From a virus: DNA of 63,693 bases. Positions within the stretch are counted from its first letter, which is position 1; every line of letters starts with the position of its first letter. Of the stretch, positions 1 to 8,388 are shown in pieces. The stretch is taken from positions 1 through 63,693 of the IMG/VR virus record IMGVR_UViG_3300018954_000002; one strand, written 5' to 3'. A model generated the notes under the pieces. The model saw nothing but the letters and a program-made list of their open reading frames with translations, had not been told where the DNA came from and searched no databases. The position numbers and the translations under genes were made by a program.

Positions 1-127
1 CCTCGATCCAGACCTCTTCGTCCGGATACATCTCCTCGGCCATGTACCGCGTGTCCGGGCACATCTCCGCGCCCCGGTGGTTGACTCCCTCGAAGTGCGT
101 GCTCGCGGCCCACTCCGGATGCCGCTC
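1..127. repeat. Terminal overlap identical to 63567..63693 (circular or circularly permuted assembly)
   Basis: Bases 1-127 are repeated exactly at 63567-63693. A CDS is continuous across the junction. Confidence 0.95.
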
Positions 128-163
128 CGGCTCGCACTCTCGTAGATGCATCACCGCAGTCAT
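1..163 (-). CDS. Hypothetical protein, 5' part of a junction-spanning CDS (64 aa in total; continues at 63566 down to 63535)
   Basis: ATG at 163 sits in an ATGA overlap with the stop of 160..354. MTAVMHLRECEPERHPEWAASTHFEGVNHRGAEMCPDTRYMAEEMYPDEEVWIE reads in frame into ...EREGTPASSS and a stop at 63535. Confidence 0.6.
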   Translation of the reverse strand, partial: MTAVMHLRECEPERHPEWAASTHFEGVNHRGAEMCPDTRYMAEEMYPDEEVWIE

Positions 164-354
164 CCCATATGCTCCGTGGTCTCGGGAAACTCTCCGTCGC
201 GCAGCGGGATCACGATGGTCAGGAATCGAGCCTTGTCGCCGCCCCGGGTGGACGTCTCGTCGCGGGTGACGTGCGCCTGCCCGGGGCCGTAGGTGCGGGC
301 GTCGCCGTCGAGCGTCACGGCCACCGAGTCGCCGAGCTTCAGGTCAACGCGCAC
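160..354 (-). CDS. Hypothetical protein (64 aa)
   Basis: GTG start preceded by GGGAGA 6 nt upstream. Protein-like composition. ATGA coupling to the next gene. Confidence 0.6.
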   Translation of the reverse strand: MRVDLKLGDSVAVTLDGDARTYGPGQAHVTRDETSTRGGDKARFLTIVIPLRDGEFPETTEHMG

Positions 355-640
355 GGTCAGTCTCCCGCTCGGTGTAGACCGTGCCCATGCTGGTCGGTCG
401 GCCCGTCAGCCGCGGAGTCGGGTCGACCTCCCACTCGGTGGCCACGACCACGCGGCGCATCGCCACGCCAGCCTCGTTCGTGTGGTACTCGTAGTGGGCG
501 TCGGTCAGCGTGTCGACGACCGCACCGGCCACGACGTCCGGATTGGCGACGGCCCCCATGCCATTCGCGTCGTACCCGACGTCGTGCACGATGCTCTCGA
601 CCTTCGAGCGGAACGCCTCAACGGCGAGCTGGTCTGTCAC
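344..640 (-). CDS. Hypothetical protein (98 aa)
   Basis: GTG at 640 sits in a GTGA overlap with the clamp gene stop. GGAGG lies 6 nt upstream. The longer track ORF N-terminus is off-frame junk. Confidence 0.6.
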   Translation of the reverse strand: MTDQLAVEAFRSKVESIVHDVGYDANGMGAVANPDVVAGAVVDTLTDAHYEYHTNEAGVAMRRVVVATEWEVDPTPRLTGRPTSMGTVYTERETDRAR

Positions 641-1815
641 TTCGAACCTCCGAGATTGCGTAGCGGCATCATCAGATACCGCCATGACGGGTCGTCCGGT
701 GACGTGAACACCACCGGCTTGTATCCACCGGGGGTGAGCGACAGCGACACGCTGTCCCCCGGAGCCGAGGCAAGCCCGGCTTGCAACATGGACGCCTTGA
801 GCGCGACTTGGCACGGCGGGCCGCCGTACTCGACGGCCACCTCCTCGTCGCCGTCCCCGCGCCCCTCGGCGCCGGCGTGCACGGCGACCATGCCGTCCTC
901 GAACGTCAGCTGCACGAGGTCGGCTTTCGGGTCGCCGAGCAGCGCGGCCCGCCTCATCGGCAGCAGCAGGTCCGCGGGGCGCAGGGTGGCCGTCTCCGGT
1001 CCGCGGTACTCGTACATCGGGCCCATGTCGAGCGCGGGGTGGTCGCTCGCCCTCAGTGTGCGCAACACCAGGGAGCGGGTCGCGGTGGCCAGGCTGAGCA
1101 CCTGCGCGCCCAGCCCGCGCTGCTCGTAGCCGATCGTGATGTCGTCAGTGAAAGCGTCCACCGCGTCGAGCAGGATGTGAGCGAATGGCAGGACGGACTC
1201 CCCGATGGGTGCGCCCTGCATCTCCGGGGCCCACGGGATGGTTTTCCGTGCGGCGCGGTACTTGTCGGTCGCGGACAAGGTCAGGAGTGGATAGCGCTCC
1301 TCGCCGGTGTCCGCGAAGTGGATGTGCAACCCGGCGAGCGCGGGGAGCGTCTCCAGGTCCCGGCCCGCCGCGATCGCCACCCGGTGAACCGCGTCGGCGA
1401 ACAGCACGTCGTCGACCACGCCGGCGGGGCGCGCCTGCTGGGGCAGCGTCGGATAGTCATTCTCGGACATCGCGGGGAGCGTCCACCGCCCGCTGCCAGA
1501 CGTCACGACGACGATCGGCCCGTCCTGCTCGAACGTCACCGGCCTGTCGGGGAAGGTGGACACGAGTTGGTCGAGCAGTCGCCCGGCGACGACGAACGCG
1601 CCCTCCGCGCTACCCGCGCCGTCTTGGGTGTCTGCGATGAACGCGGTCGCCGTGGCGTTCTCGCTCGTGCTGGCGATGACCAGCCCGCCCATGGGGAGCG
1701 CCTCGAACAACAGCCCGCCATAGACGGGCACGGTCGGCTTGGCGTCGACCCAGCGGGCGGTGTACTTGACGGCGGACGCGAGCGCGCTGGCCGGCACGGT
1801 GAATGAGCCCTTCAC
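637..1815 (-). CDS. dnaN: DNA polymerase III beta subunit-like sliding clamp
   Basis: 392 aa counted from the GTG at 1815 (GAAAGGA RBS; GTGA overlap with the methylase stop). Three-domain clamp-like sequence (VKGSFTVPASALASAVKY...LLFEA...LRPADLLLPMRRAALL...). Confidence 0.75.
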   Translation of the reverse strand: MKGSFTVPASALASAVKYTARWVDAKPTVPVYGGLLFEALPMGGLVIASTSENATATAFIADTQDGAGSAEGAFVVAGRLLDQLVSTFPDRPVTFEQDGPIVVVTSGSGRWTLPAMSENDYPTLPQQARPAGVVDDVLFADAVHRVAIAAGRDLETLPALAGLHIHFADTGEERYPLLTLSATDKYRAARKTIPWAPEMQGAPIGESVLPFAHILLDAVDAFTDDITIGYEQRGLGAQVLSLATATRSLVLRTLRASDHPALDMGPMYEYRGPETATLRPADLLLPMRRAALLGDPKADLVQLTFEDGMVAVHAGAEGRGDGDEEVAVEYGGPPCQVALKASMLQAGLASAPGDSVSLSLTPGGYKPVVFTSPDDPSWRYLMMPLRNLGGSK

Positions 1816-3206
1816 GTGGCGGGTCCTTTCTCTGCGAATGCGTCGAACAGGGTGCCGATCCCGGTCGGCTCCGGCGGTGGCTTCGGCCGCTCGCGTGCGG
1901 CAGCGAGCTGGCCAGGGTCCGTGGTACGCCACCCGGCAAGGCGGCAGTAGTCGGCGGACATGTCGACGCTGATTCCGTGCCGGCCGTAGGCGTGGGCGAC
2001 GAGCGCCGTAGTGCCGGTGCCTCCGAACGGGTCCAGGACGACCGAGGGGCGGGTGGGTGCGCTGGTGTCGGGGCAGGCGCACGCCTCTCCGACAATCGTG
2101 TGCAGCGACCGGTTCGTCACCTGCTGGCCGATAATCTCGCCGACATTGCGAGCACCGCCGCGAGTGCCGTCCGTCTGTCGAGTCCATCCGGCCTCGCGCT
2201 GCACCGAGGCGACCGGACGTCGGCCCTCGCCGCATGCCGTGCAGATCCCCGACGGTGACCAGCCCTGGATGATGCGGCGAGGCCACTCCATCGGGAACGC
2301 GGCGAAGTGATCCACTCCCAGCCCGGCGGGCACCTTGAACGGCTGCGTGGGAATGGTCCAGACGGAGCCGGGCAGCTTCCCGAGGGGGTTGACGAACTGC
2401 GCCGGGTTGAGCGTGTTCGGTGAGCCGACGGAGAAATGATCTCCCGCGTTATACGCCCTCCCCGCCCGCGCCACGCTGACCGGCGAGTGCGCCTCTCGGA
2501 TGGTGTCGACGGCGGAAAAGTACCGGGGCGACTTGACCAGGTGAAACGCCGTCTCGTGCGTGGTCATGCTGCCGTCAAGCAGCCGCTCGCCCTCGTCGAC
2601 GGTCAGCGTTCCTGCGGCGACCTGTTCGAGCACCGCCCGCACCAGTTCGGCAGGAGGCGGCGCCTCAGGTGCCCACCGGGACAGCCAAAACCACTGCTCG
2701 TGCGAGCGCCGCACCCGGTCCGTGACGCTCTCCGGTAGCCCGTTCGGCTTCGACCAGATCACTTCGGCGCGCAGGATCAGGCCGAGATCGTCGATGCACC
2801 GGATCGCGTACCGCCACGGCAGGCCGATCAGGGACTTGCCGGGCACCCCATCGACCGAGGACGGCCGAGACCTTCGGTGACCGCCGCGCGCCCCCTGTGC
2901 CATGTGCTCGTCCCGTCGCAGTCCCACGCCAGGATTGAGCCCCCCTGAGCCGGCGTATTTGTCGCCCAGATTGATCCACATCGACCCAGTCGGCTTGAGC
3001 ACCCGCATCCACTCCCGGGTGCACTCGATCAGGCTGTCGATGTACGCGGCAGGCGTCGGCTCGGCGCCGATCTGCCCGTCGTAGTGCTCGCCGCCGTCGG
3101 TGTAGGAGCGCAGGGCCCAGTACGGCGGCGAGGTGACGATCAGGTCGGCGGATTCGTCGGCGAGGGGCAGGAGCCGAGCGTCGCCCCGGATCACCTGCGC
3201 GGTCAT
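1812..3206 (-). CDS. Beta-class DNA methyltransferase (N4-cytosine or N6-adenine)
   Basis: Motif IV TSPPYW is N-terminal and motif I DPFGGTGTT is C-terminal. A Cys-rich insertion (CTACGEG...CACP) lies between them. Confidence 0.85.
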   Translation of the reverse strand: MTAQVIRGDARLLPLADESADLIVTSPPYWALRSYTDGGEHYDGQIGAEPTPAAYIDSLIECTREWMRVLKPTGSMWINLGDKYAGSGGLNPGVGLRRDEHMAQGARGGHRRSRPSSVDGVPGKSLIGLPWRYAIRCIDDLGLILRAEVIWSKPNGLPESVTDRVRRSHEQWFWLSRWAPEAPPPAELVRAVLEQVAAGTLTVDEGERLLDGSMTTHETAFHLVKSPRYFSAVDTIREAHSPVSVARAGRAYNAGDHFSVGSPNTLNPAQFVNPLGKLPGSVWTIPTQPFKVPAGLGVDHFAAFPMEWPRRIIQGWSPSGICTACGEGRRPVASVQREAGWTRQTDGTRGGARNVGEIIGQQVTNRSLHTIVGEACACPDTSAPTRPSVVLDPFGGTGTTALVAHAYGRHGISVDMSADYCRLAGWRTTDPGQLAAARERPKPPPEPTGIGTLFDAFAEKGPAT

Positions 3207-3379
3207 GCGGGACGCCGGGATCGCGCGATCCGGCGCTTGCGCGCCGCGAGGTACTCGTGAAGCGCCGAAGCCACGAAGTCCGACACCGAAACGTCGTCAG
3301 CCTTGGCGGCTGCTTCCGCTTCCTGCCAGACCTCGCGGCTTCGGCGCGAGACGTAGATCTGTCGTCGAGTGGGGGCCAT
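3203..3379 (-). CDS. Ribbon-helix-helix (CopG/Arc-like) DNA-binding protein, 58 aa
   Basis: Not in the ORF track (under 60 aa). Hand translation: MAPTRRQIYVSRRSREVWQEAEAAAKADDVSVSDFVASALHEYLAARKRRIARSRRPA. ATGA overlap with the methylase start. Confidence 0.65.
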   Translation of the reverse strand: MAPTRRQIYVSRRSREVWQEAEAAAKADDVSVSDFVASALHEYLAARKRRIARSRRPA

Positions 3380-3415
3380 GTGTGTAGCTTACGGCATAGG
3401 AACCTACACACACAA
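3380..3415 (-). promoter_or_regulatory. Leaderless sigma70-like promoter with an overlapping inverted repeat
   Basis: On the minus strand: TTGTGT, 18 nt, TAAGCT, 6 nt, then ATG(3379). A 9-bp inverted repeat TGTGTGTAG/CTACACACA (3379-3387 and 3404-3412) spans it. Confidence 0.5.
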
Positions 3416-3421
3416 GCCCGG

Positions 3422-3910
3422 TTACTCCTTCAGGCGTGACTCCCGCTGACGTACCGCCGTGGCCGCCCCGGCGACGCAGCCGGCCCATGCCGCCCGCAGC
3501 CCGCGCGTGCCCACCGGCACCGAGCCCCACACGACGCAGCTCGCCGCCGCCCGGGACACGGCTACCGCCGCCCGGTCGTCGTCCACCGTGAACTCCGTGT
3601 AGCAGATGCTGCCGCGCAACATCTGCTCCCCGGTCGGAGCAGGGTCAGGCGACACCATGCCGAGCGCGAGCCCGTGCGTTGCGGGCACGGGCAGGTCGAG
3701 CAACCAGTGCCGTTCGATCTGCATGGCGGCGACGTTGACGCACACGACGAGCAACTGCGACGCGAGATGCATCCGCTCCTCGGTGTGCACCAGGTGCGGC
3801 ATGGACAGGTCGACCTGCCAGACGTCGACGACTCCGGGGACGGTGCCGACGTCGGGCAGCCGGACCGCCCGGCCGGCGACCCCTTCGGCGACCAGCGTGA
3901 CGCCGCTCAT
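3422..3910 (-). CDS. Hypothetical protein (162 aa)
   Basis: Protein-like ORF. The start overlaps the stop of the upstream gene by 1 nt. Confidence 0.6.
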   Translation of the reverse strand: MSGVTLVAEGVAGRAVRLPDVGTVPGVVDVWQVDLSMPHLVHTEERMHLASQLLVVCVNVAAMQIERHWLLDLPVPATHGLALGMVSPDPAPTGEQMLRGSICYTEFTVDDDRAAVAVSRAAASCVVWGSVPVGTRGLRAAWAGCVAGAATAVRQRESRLKE

Positions 3911-4821
3911 CAGTCCTGCTCCTCGCGATTGAGGGTGGATCCACCGGCAGCCTCATCGTCAAGGCGCTCCGGCGGCAGGGGGAGGAAGATGGCCTCGCTC
4001 TCTCCGTCCTCGTCGTCTCCGGAGTCGAACATCGGGCCGAGATCGGACCGCTCGGCCGCGAGTTCGTCCTGCGTGACCATCACCGCCGGGTCGAACAGCG
4101 TCCCCTCGGCCTCGGCGTCCTCCCGCGCGTGCTCCAGCCTTACCCGCTCCAGCACGGGCATGTCCCCGGCGAGGATCTCGGGGTCGTCGCCGGCCCGGTT
4201 GTCGTCGGTCCACCCCGGCAGGTCGTCGGCGTCGATCTCAGACAGCTCCAGATCGCCCCGCGACCAGCCGCTCCAGCTCAATTCGTGAGCAAGCGGTCCG
4301 GCGGTGAACATGGCGGTCCGGTGCTGCGCCTCGTGGAACGCCTCGGTCTCGCTGTCAGTCAGCTTGCCCAGTTTGGTCGCTCCGTGTACAACCTCCAGGT
4401 GACGGCGCAGCTCGTCGGCCGGCGACATGGCCTCGCGCTCACGCTCCTCGTCCGCGTCGATCTCCTCGATCGAGCGGGGCAGGTCCCGGAACGCCGACTT
4501 CGCCAGCGCGGTCACCTCGTACGGCGGGAGCGCCTGCCCGGTGCGGGCGCTGAACTCGTCGGCCAGCATCTGCTTAGCCGCCTTGCGCCCGGCCTGCGTG
4601 GCGACCGGCTCGACCTGCCGGATGCGCAGCTTCACCCAGTGCACTCCCTCGGCATTGACCCCGGCGTCGGCGACGTCGTAGACGAGCAGGGCAACGCGGG
4701 GTTGCACGGTGCGACCCTCGGTCTGCTGTTGGTGCAGGGTGGTGATGAGGTCGAAGTCGTCGAGCCCGTTGACGTCGCCCTTGGGCAGCGCCGCGGCGAG
4801 CTTGATCTGATAGTCGGTCAT
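3910..4821 (-). CDS. Hypothetical protein with a strongly acidic C-terminal half (303 aa)
   Basis: Clean ORF with protein-like composition. Sits in the recombination/replication block. Confidence 0.65.
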   Translation of the reverse strand: MTDYQIKLAAALPKGDVNGLDDFDLITTLHQQQTEGRTVQPRVALLVYDVADAGVNAEGVHWVKLRIRQVEPVATQAGRKAAKQMLADEFSARTGQALPPYEVTALAKSAFRDLPRSIEEIDADEEREREAMSPADELRRHLEVVHGATKLGKLTDSETEAFHEAQHRTAMFTAGPLAHELSWSGWSRGDLELSEIDADDLPGWTDDNRAGDDPEILAGDMPVLERVRLEHAREDAEAEGTLFDPAVMVTQDELAAERSDLGPMFDSGDDEDGESEAIFLPLPPERLDDEAAGGSTLNREEQD

Positions 4822-4834
4822 GGTGCGGGTCCTC

Positions 4835-5473
4835 TCAGTCGACGGGAGGGAACGGGTGTCGGTTCGGGCTGGCGTACGCGGACTGGCTGTAGTGGATGGA
4901 GTAGCCCTGACCGCACGTGGCGCACCGGGCCGGGTCGGGCCGGTACTCGCCGTGGTCGCCCTCGTGGTAGATCGGCAGGCTGCACAGTTCGTCGCGGGAC
5001 TCGCCGTTCACGTACAGTCGCTGGTCGCAGGTGGGTCGCTGCCAGTCGGGGGCGTGCCAGACGATCTGGACGGGAGCGGCGTACCCGGCGCTGACGGTGA
5101 CGTGGTCGGCCTTGACCCACATGTTCGTCTTCCACGGGAAGCGGGAGAGGCTGATCCCGGTCGCCTGTGCGGCGTCCGCGAGATCTCTGTCCGGGGCGTA
5201 GTCCACGCCCAGGCTCACGCCGTAGGTGGTGCCCCGGAGCAGGTCGTCGATCAGGGCCTCCAGCGCCTCGGCGAACTTGGTGCCCTGGTCGTCGGAGACC
5301 GGGTGGCGACTGGCGAGCAGACCGCCCAGCATCTCGCCCACCTCGTAGGCGCGGTTCGCGGGGTCGCTGCGCGTGGGGCCGAGCCCGTCGAAGACGGGCG
5401 ATCCCACGGCCTGCGCCCACCAGAGAGCGGCGGCGCGGGCGGGGGTGTCGGCCTGGATCAGAGTGTCGGTCAT
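4835..5473 (-). CDS. Hypothetical protein, Cys/His-rich C-terminus (212 aa)
   Basis: ATG at 5473 with a GGAGGA RBS. The track ORF N-terminal 98 aa is junk. Confidence 0.6.
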   Translation of the reverse strand: MTDTLIQADTPARAAALWWAQAVGSPVFDGLGPTRSDPANRAYEVGEMLGGLLASRHPVSDDQGTKFAEALEALIDDLLRGTTYGVSLGVDYAPDRDLADAAQATGISLSRFPWKTNMWVKADHVTVSAGYAAPVQIVWHAPDWQRPTCDQRLYVNGESRDELCSLPIYHEGDHGEYRPDPARCATCGQGYSIHYSQSAYASPNRHPFPPVD

Positions 5474-5585
5474 GGTGCGGGTCCTCCGGTTCGTGCGATG
5501 ATCGATGGGTTCATGGTCGTCGGGAGCCGATCGGGAACGGACCGGCGCGGCGGGTGACCCGGAAGCACCCCGCCGCGCCGGTCTC

Positions 5586-5807
5586 CTACTCCGGGTAGTC
5601 CGTGACGACCTCCCACGGGCCGGTGAGGACGACTCGCCGAAGCTTGAGAACCTCACCCCCGACCCGCGATTGCGCCGTCTCGAACTCGGCGACCGGGAAG
5701 GCGTCGACCACCATCGCCGAGTCTCCGGCGCTGGTGGCGTGATCGGTGATGAACTCCACGGCGGCATTGCGGGCGCGCGGGTCGTCGTACGTCTTACGCG
5801 GGGGCAT
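5586..5807 (-). CDS. Hypothetical protein (73 aa)
   Basis: AGGAGA RBS before the ATG at 5807. Protein-like composition. Confidence 0.6.
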   Translation of the reverse strand: MPPRKTYDDPRARNAAVEFITDHATSAGDSAMVVDAFPVAEFETAQSRVGGEVLKLRRVVLTGPWEVVTDYPE

Positions 5808-5840
5808 GGGTTCTCCTGTTCCTCGTGCGGTTGACGGGTC

Positions 5841-6491
5841 CTACTTCGGGGGCTTGTCGCAGCGCACCACGTTGAACGGGTGCAGCCAGTGATCGCCGTT
5901 CTTGAGGCAGACGACCTTGTGTCCGCACTTCTTCGTGACGGGCTTGCGCCGCGAGACCGCGCCGTACGGCTGCGGCCATGCCGGGTCGTCCAGTTTCAGC
6001 GGCCACTCGATCGAGGCGAGTGCCCGTTGCGCCCGAGGGTCGATCTTCGCGATGAACCGCTCGCGCTCGAACATCTCCCCCATCCGCTGCAGCACCCATG
6101 CGTCGGCCTGGTTGTCGTCGTCGGGCGTACGTCCGGTCTGCTGAGCCACGAACGCCATGACCTCGGCCTTGTCCGCTCGGCCGTCACCGGTGGCGAACAC
6201 CTTCAACGCGCTCACGTTGACGTAGGCGAACGGAACGCCGTGCCGGGCGAGTATTTCGCGTGCCACACCGTGCACCCGCTCCAGGACGCCCGACGCCGAT
6301 TCGTAAGGCGGTACGGCCTCGATCATCGCGAGGTCGTACCGGGTGCCCTTCATCCAGTGGTTGAGGTGGTCGCGGATGATGCAGAACCGGCGGTCGCCCG
6401 TCTTTGCGTCGGTCCGCAGGGTGTACGGCCGCGCGCCCACCGGTGCGATGCCGGGCGCGGTGAGCGACAGGTCGAGCCCGATCACGTTCAT
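5841..6491 (-). CDS. RuvC-like Holliday junction resolvase
   Basis: N-terminal MNVIGLDLSLTAPG and a later DDNQADAW motif are typical of phage RuvC-family resolvases. C-terminal Cys cluster. Confidence 0.8.
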   Translation of the reverse strand: MNVIGLDLSLTAPGIAPVGARPYTLRTDAKTGDRRFCIIRDHLNHWMKGTRYDLAMIEAVPPYESASGVLERVHGVAREILARHGVPFAYVNVSALKVFATGDGRADKAEVMAFVAQQTGRTPDDDNQADAWVLQRMGEMFERERFIAKIDPRAQRALASIEWPLKLDDPAWPQPYGAVSRRKPVTKKCGHKVVCLKNGDHWLHPFNVVRCDKPPK

Positions 6492-6670
6492 CGCTTCCGC
6501 CCGTCATGCCCGTTCAACTCGTCGGCCTTCGTCTGCGCCTGGTCCCGGGAAGGGGTGACGTGGCGGTCAACGCGGACCTTCAGTTCGGAGTCGAAAACGT
6601 AGTAGAGCTTTTCCCAGCGCCGGGAGGTCCTGTAGCGGACCCGATAGCGCGGCAGATCCTCGCGGTTCAC
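6488..6670 (-). CDS. Hypothetical protein (60 aa)
   Basis: ATGA-coupled to the resolvase gene. Confidence 0.5.
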   Translation of the reverse strand: MNREDLPRYRVRYRTSRRWEKLYYVFDSELKVRVDRHVTPSRDQAQTKADELNGHDGRKR

Positions 6671-6864
6671 TGGACACCTGCCTGACTGCGTGCACCCTCT
6701 GCGACGTCGATTTCGTTGACCAACAACGCCCGCATGCCCAGCTCCAGTGCCTCGCTCAGACTGACACGCCGCCCGAGGTCCTTGGAGAGATCCAGTGCAA
6801 GCAGTTCCAGCGCTCGCTTGGCGTCCGGCTTGACCGACATGTTCACGTACCCGGTTGCTGTCAT
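6667..6864 (-). CDS. Ribbon-helix-helix-like small protein (65 aa)
   Basis: MTATGYVNMSVKPDAKRALELLALDLSKDLGRRVSLSEALELGMRALL has a strand-helix-helix pattern. The codons upstream of 6864 have low GC3, so I chose the shorter start. Confidence 0.55.
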   Translation of the reverse strand: MTATGYVNMSVKPDAKRALELLALDLSKDLGRRVSLSEALELGMRALLVNEIDVAEGARSQAGVQ

Positions 6865-6900
6865 GTCCAGTACGTTACCAGATAACCCAGCAACCGTCAA
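6865..6900 (-). promoter_or_regulatory. Leaderless sigma70-like promoter
   Basis: On the minus strand: TTGACG (6900-6895), 17 nt, TAACGT (6877-6872), 7 nt, then ATG(6864). Confidence 0.5.
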
Positions 6901-7187
6901 CTAGGCCCGCGCTGCGTCTTCGGTTGAACCCGCCAGTCCTTGGCGCGGACACAGGTGACGAAGTGTGACGTCCGCAGCAATGCCCCGCCCTCTTCCGCCA
7001 GGCCGGGCCCCTGTCCGGCGAGTACCTCGGCGTAGACGGTCCCCTGTCGTAACGACAGCAGGACGTTACCCACCCCGTCACTGGTCGGCTCAGCGTCCAC
7101 GGGCATCAACTTCCCGATCTTCGTGCGTGCCCAGATGATGTCCGCCCCGCACTCGGGGGTGCGGCACTTCTCGGTCGGGTAGGTCAT
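6897..7187 (-). CDS. Hypothetical Cys-containing protein (96 aa)
   Basis: CRTPEC...HFVTC arrangement. ATGA-coupled. Confidence 0.6.
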   Translation of the reverse strand: MTYPTEKCRTPECGADIIWARTKIGKLMPVDAEPTSDGVGNVLLSLRQGTVYAEVLAGQGPGLAEEGGALLRTSHFVTCVRAKDWRVQPKTQRGPS

Positions 7188-7435
7188 TGCGGTCGTCCCT
7201 TCCCGTAGCCAGTGCGGCCCGGTTCGAGCCGGTCGATGAACGCGATGATCTCGCGACGTGTGCGCCGGCTGGACTTCAAGAACCCGCAGGCGTTGGCCAG
7301 CTTCTCGCCGGATAGGTGCCTGCTCGCCGTGAACAGCGCATCTGCGCGTAGATCCTTCGGCACGGTCCCGTTGTCGAGCCGGCTTCTATGTGCGTCGATC
7401 GCTTCGCGTCTGGCGGCAGTGAACGGCTCGCTCAC
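7184..7435 (-). CDS. Hypothetical protein (83 aa)
   Basis: GTGA overlap with the ERF gene stop. Confidence 0.55.
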   Translation of the reverse strand: MSEPFTAARREAIDAHRSRLDNGTVPKDLRADALFTASRHLSGEKLANACGFLKSSRRTRREIIAFIDRLEPGRTGYGKGRPQ

Positions 7436-8388
7436 CGCCCACCACCCGGGCCACCCGTCGTCCCGTCAGCCGCGAGCAGCGCGCCGTCTCCGGGCTCCCA
7501 CGGCGGCGTCTCGCTGTTCGGGTCCGCCGTGCCAATGACCGAGTCGCGGACCGTGCGCCGGCCGGGAGCCGCGGTCGGCGCGGTCGGCGCCTGCGCGGCC
7601 TTCTTCTCGATCAGTTTCGCGATCACCGTCTCGGCCTGCTCGAACGTGAGTTCCTTGCTGGTCGACAGCGCGGGGTTACCGACCAGCCTCCCCGTGATCT
7701 CGATCCGGAGGGTGCGGTTCGCGTCCCCGCCGTATCCGAGTTCATTCCAGAGGGCGTGCATGCGTCGGTGCTGGCTGTCGTCGACCATGCGGCGATCGCC
7801 CGTCGCGGATGCCACCGTCCGCGGCGTGGCCCGGTCGCTCGGAAGCGGCGGGCGCCCCGCCCGCTGCGCTGTCGCCTTGGCGGGAGCGGGGGCGGGAGCG
7901 GGGGTGTCCCCCGCAGGTGATGGCGCCGCCTTCGCCGGTCGCGACCGGGTGGCGGGTGGCGTGCGCTGCGCAGTGGCGGGCCCCTCGCTCAGCCGCGACT
8001 CGTCGTCCTCGTCCGCCGCCACGCCGACCACCGCCGCGAGGCAGTACCGCCGGGCGTACGTGATCCGTCCGCCGATCATCTGGATTCCACCCTCGCCGGA
8101 CAGAGGGAACTCGCCTGACATGACCTCGCCGGAGGCGTGCATCAGGTGGTAGCGAAGTGCCATCTTTCCGTCCGAGCCGGCGCCCGGCATGGCGAGGAAC
8201 GACAGACCGTGCTTCGCGAGCAGCGGGAGAATCGCGTCGGACAGGTTGGCGAGGGTTACGTAGCTGTACGAGTAGGACCCGCCGTTCTTCTGTTGCACCT
8301 CGACGGTACGGTCCCGCTCCAGCTTCGGCAGTTCCGCCTGAACCTTGGCGAGCGCGGCGGCGAGCCCCCCCGGTGTCTGCGTGGTCAT
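7432..8388 (-). CDS. erf: ERF-family single-strand annealing recombinase
   Basis: From the ATG at 8388: ...NGGSYSYSYVTLANLSDAILPLLAKHGLSF...GGRITYARRYCL, which are hallmark ERF motifs. Pro/Ala-rich linker. Confidence 0.8.
   Translation of the reverse strand: MTTQTPGGLAAALAKVQAELPKLERDRTVEVQQKNGGSYSYSYVTLANLSDAILPLLAKHGLSFLAMPGAGSDGKMALRYHLMHASGEVMSGEFPLSGEGGIQMIGGRITYARRYCLAAVVGVAADEDDESRLSEGPATAQRTPPATRSRPAKAAPSPAGDTPAPAPAPAKATAQRAGRPPLPSDRATPRTVASATGDRRMVDDSQHRRMHALWNELGYGGDANRTLRIEITGRLVGNPALSTSKELTFEQAETVIAKLIEKKAAQAPTAPTAAPGRRTVRDSVIGTADPNSETPPWEPGDGALLAADGTTGGPGGGR

Noticed and set aside
1-127. Biological direct terminal repeat or LTR
   Set aside because: The length of exactly 127 nt and an uninterrupted CDS across the junction fit an assembler k-mer overlap better. 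It is kept only as a low-interest finding.
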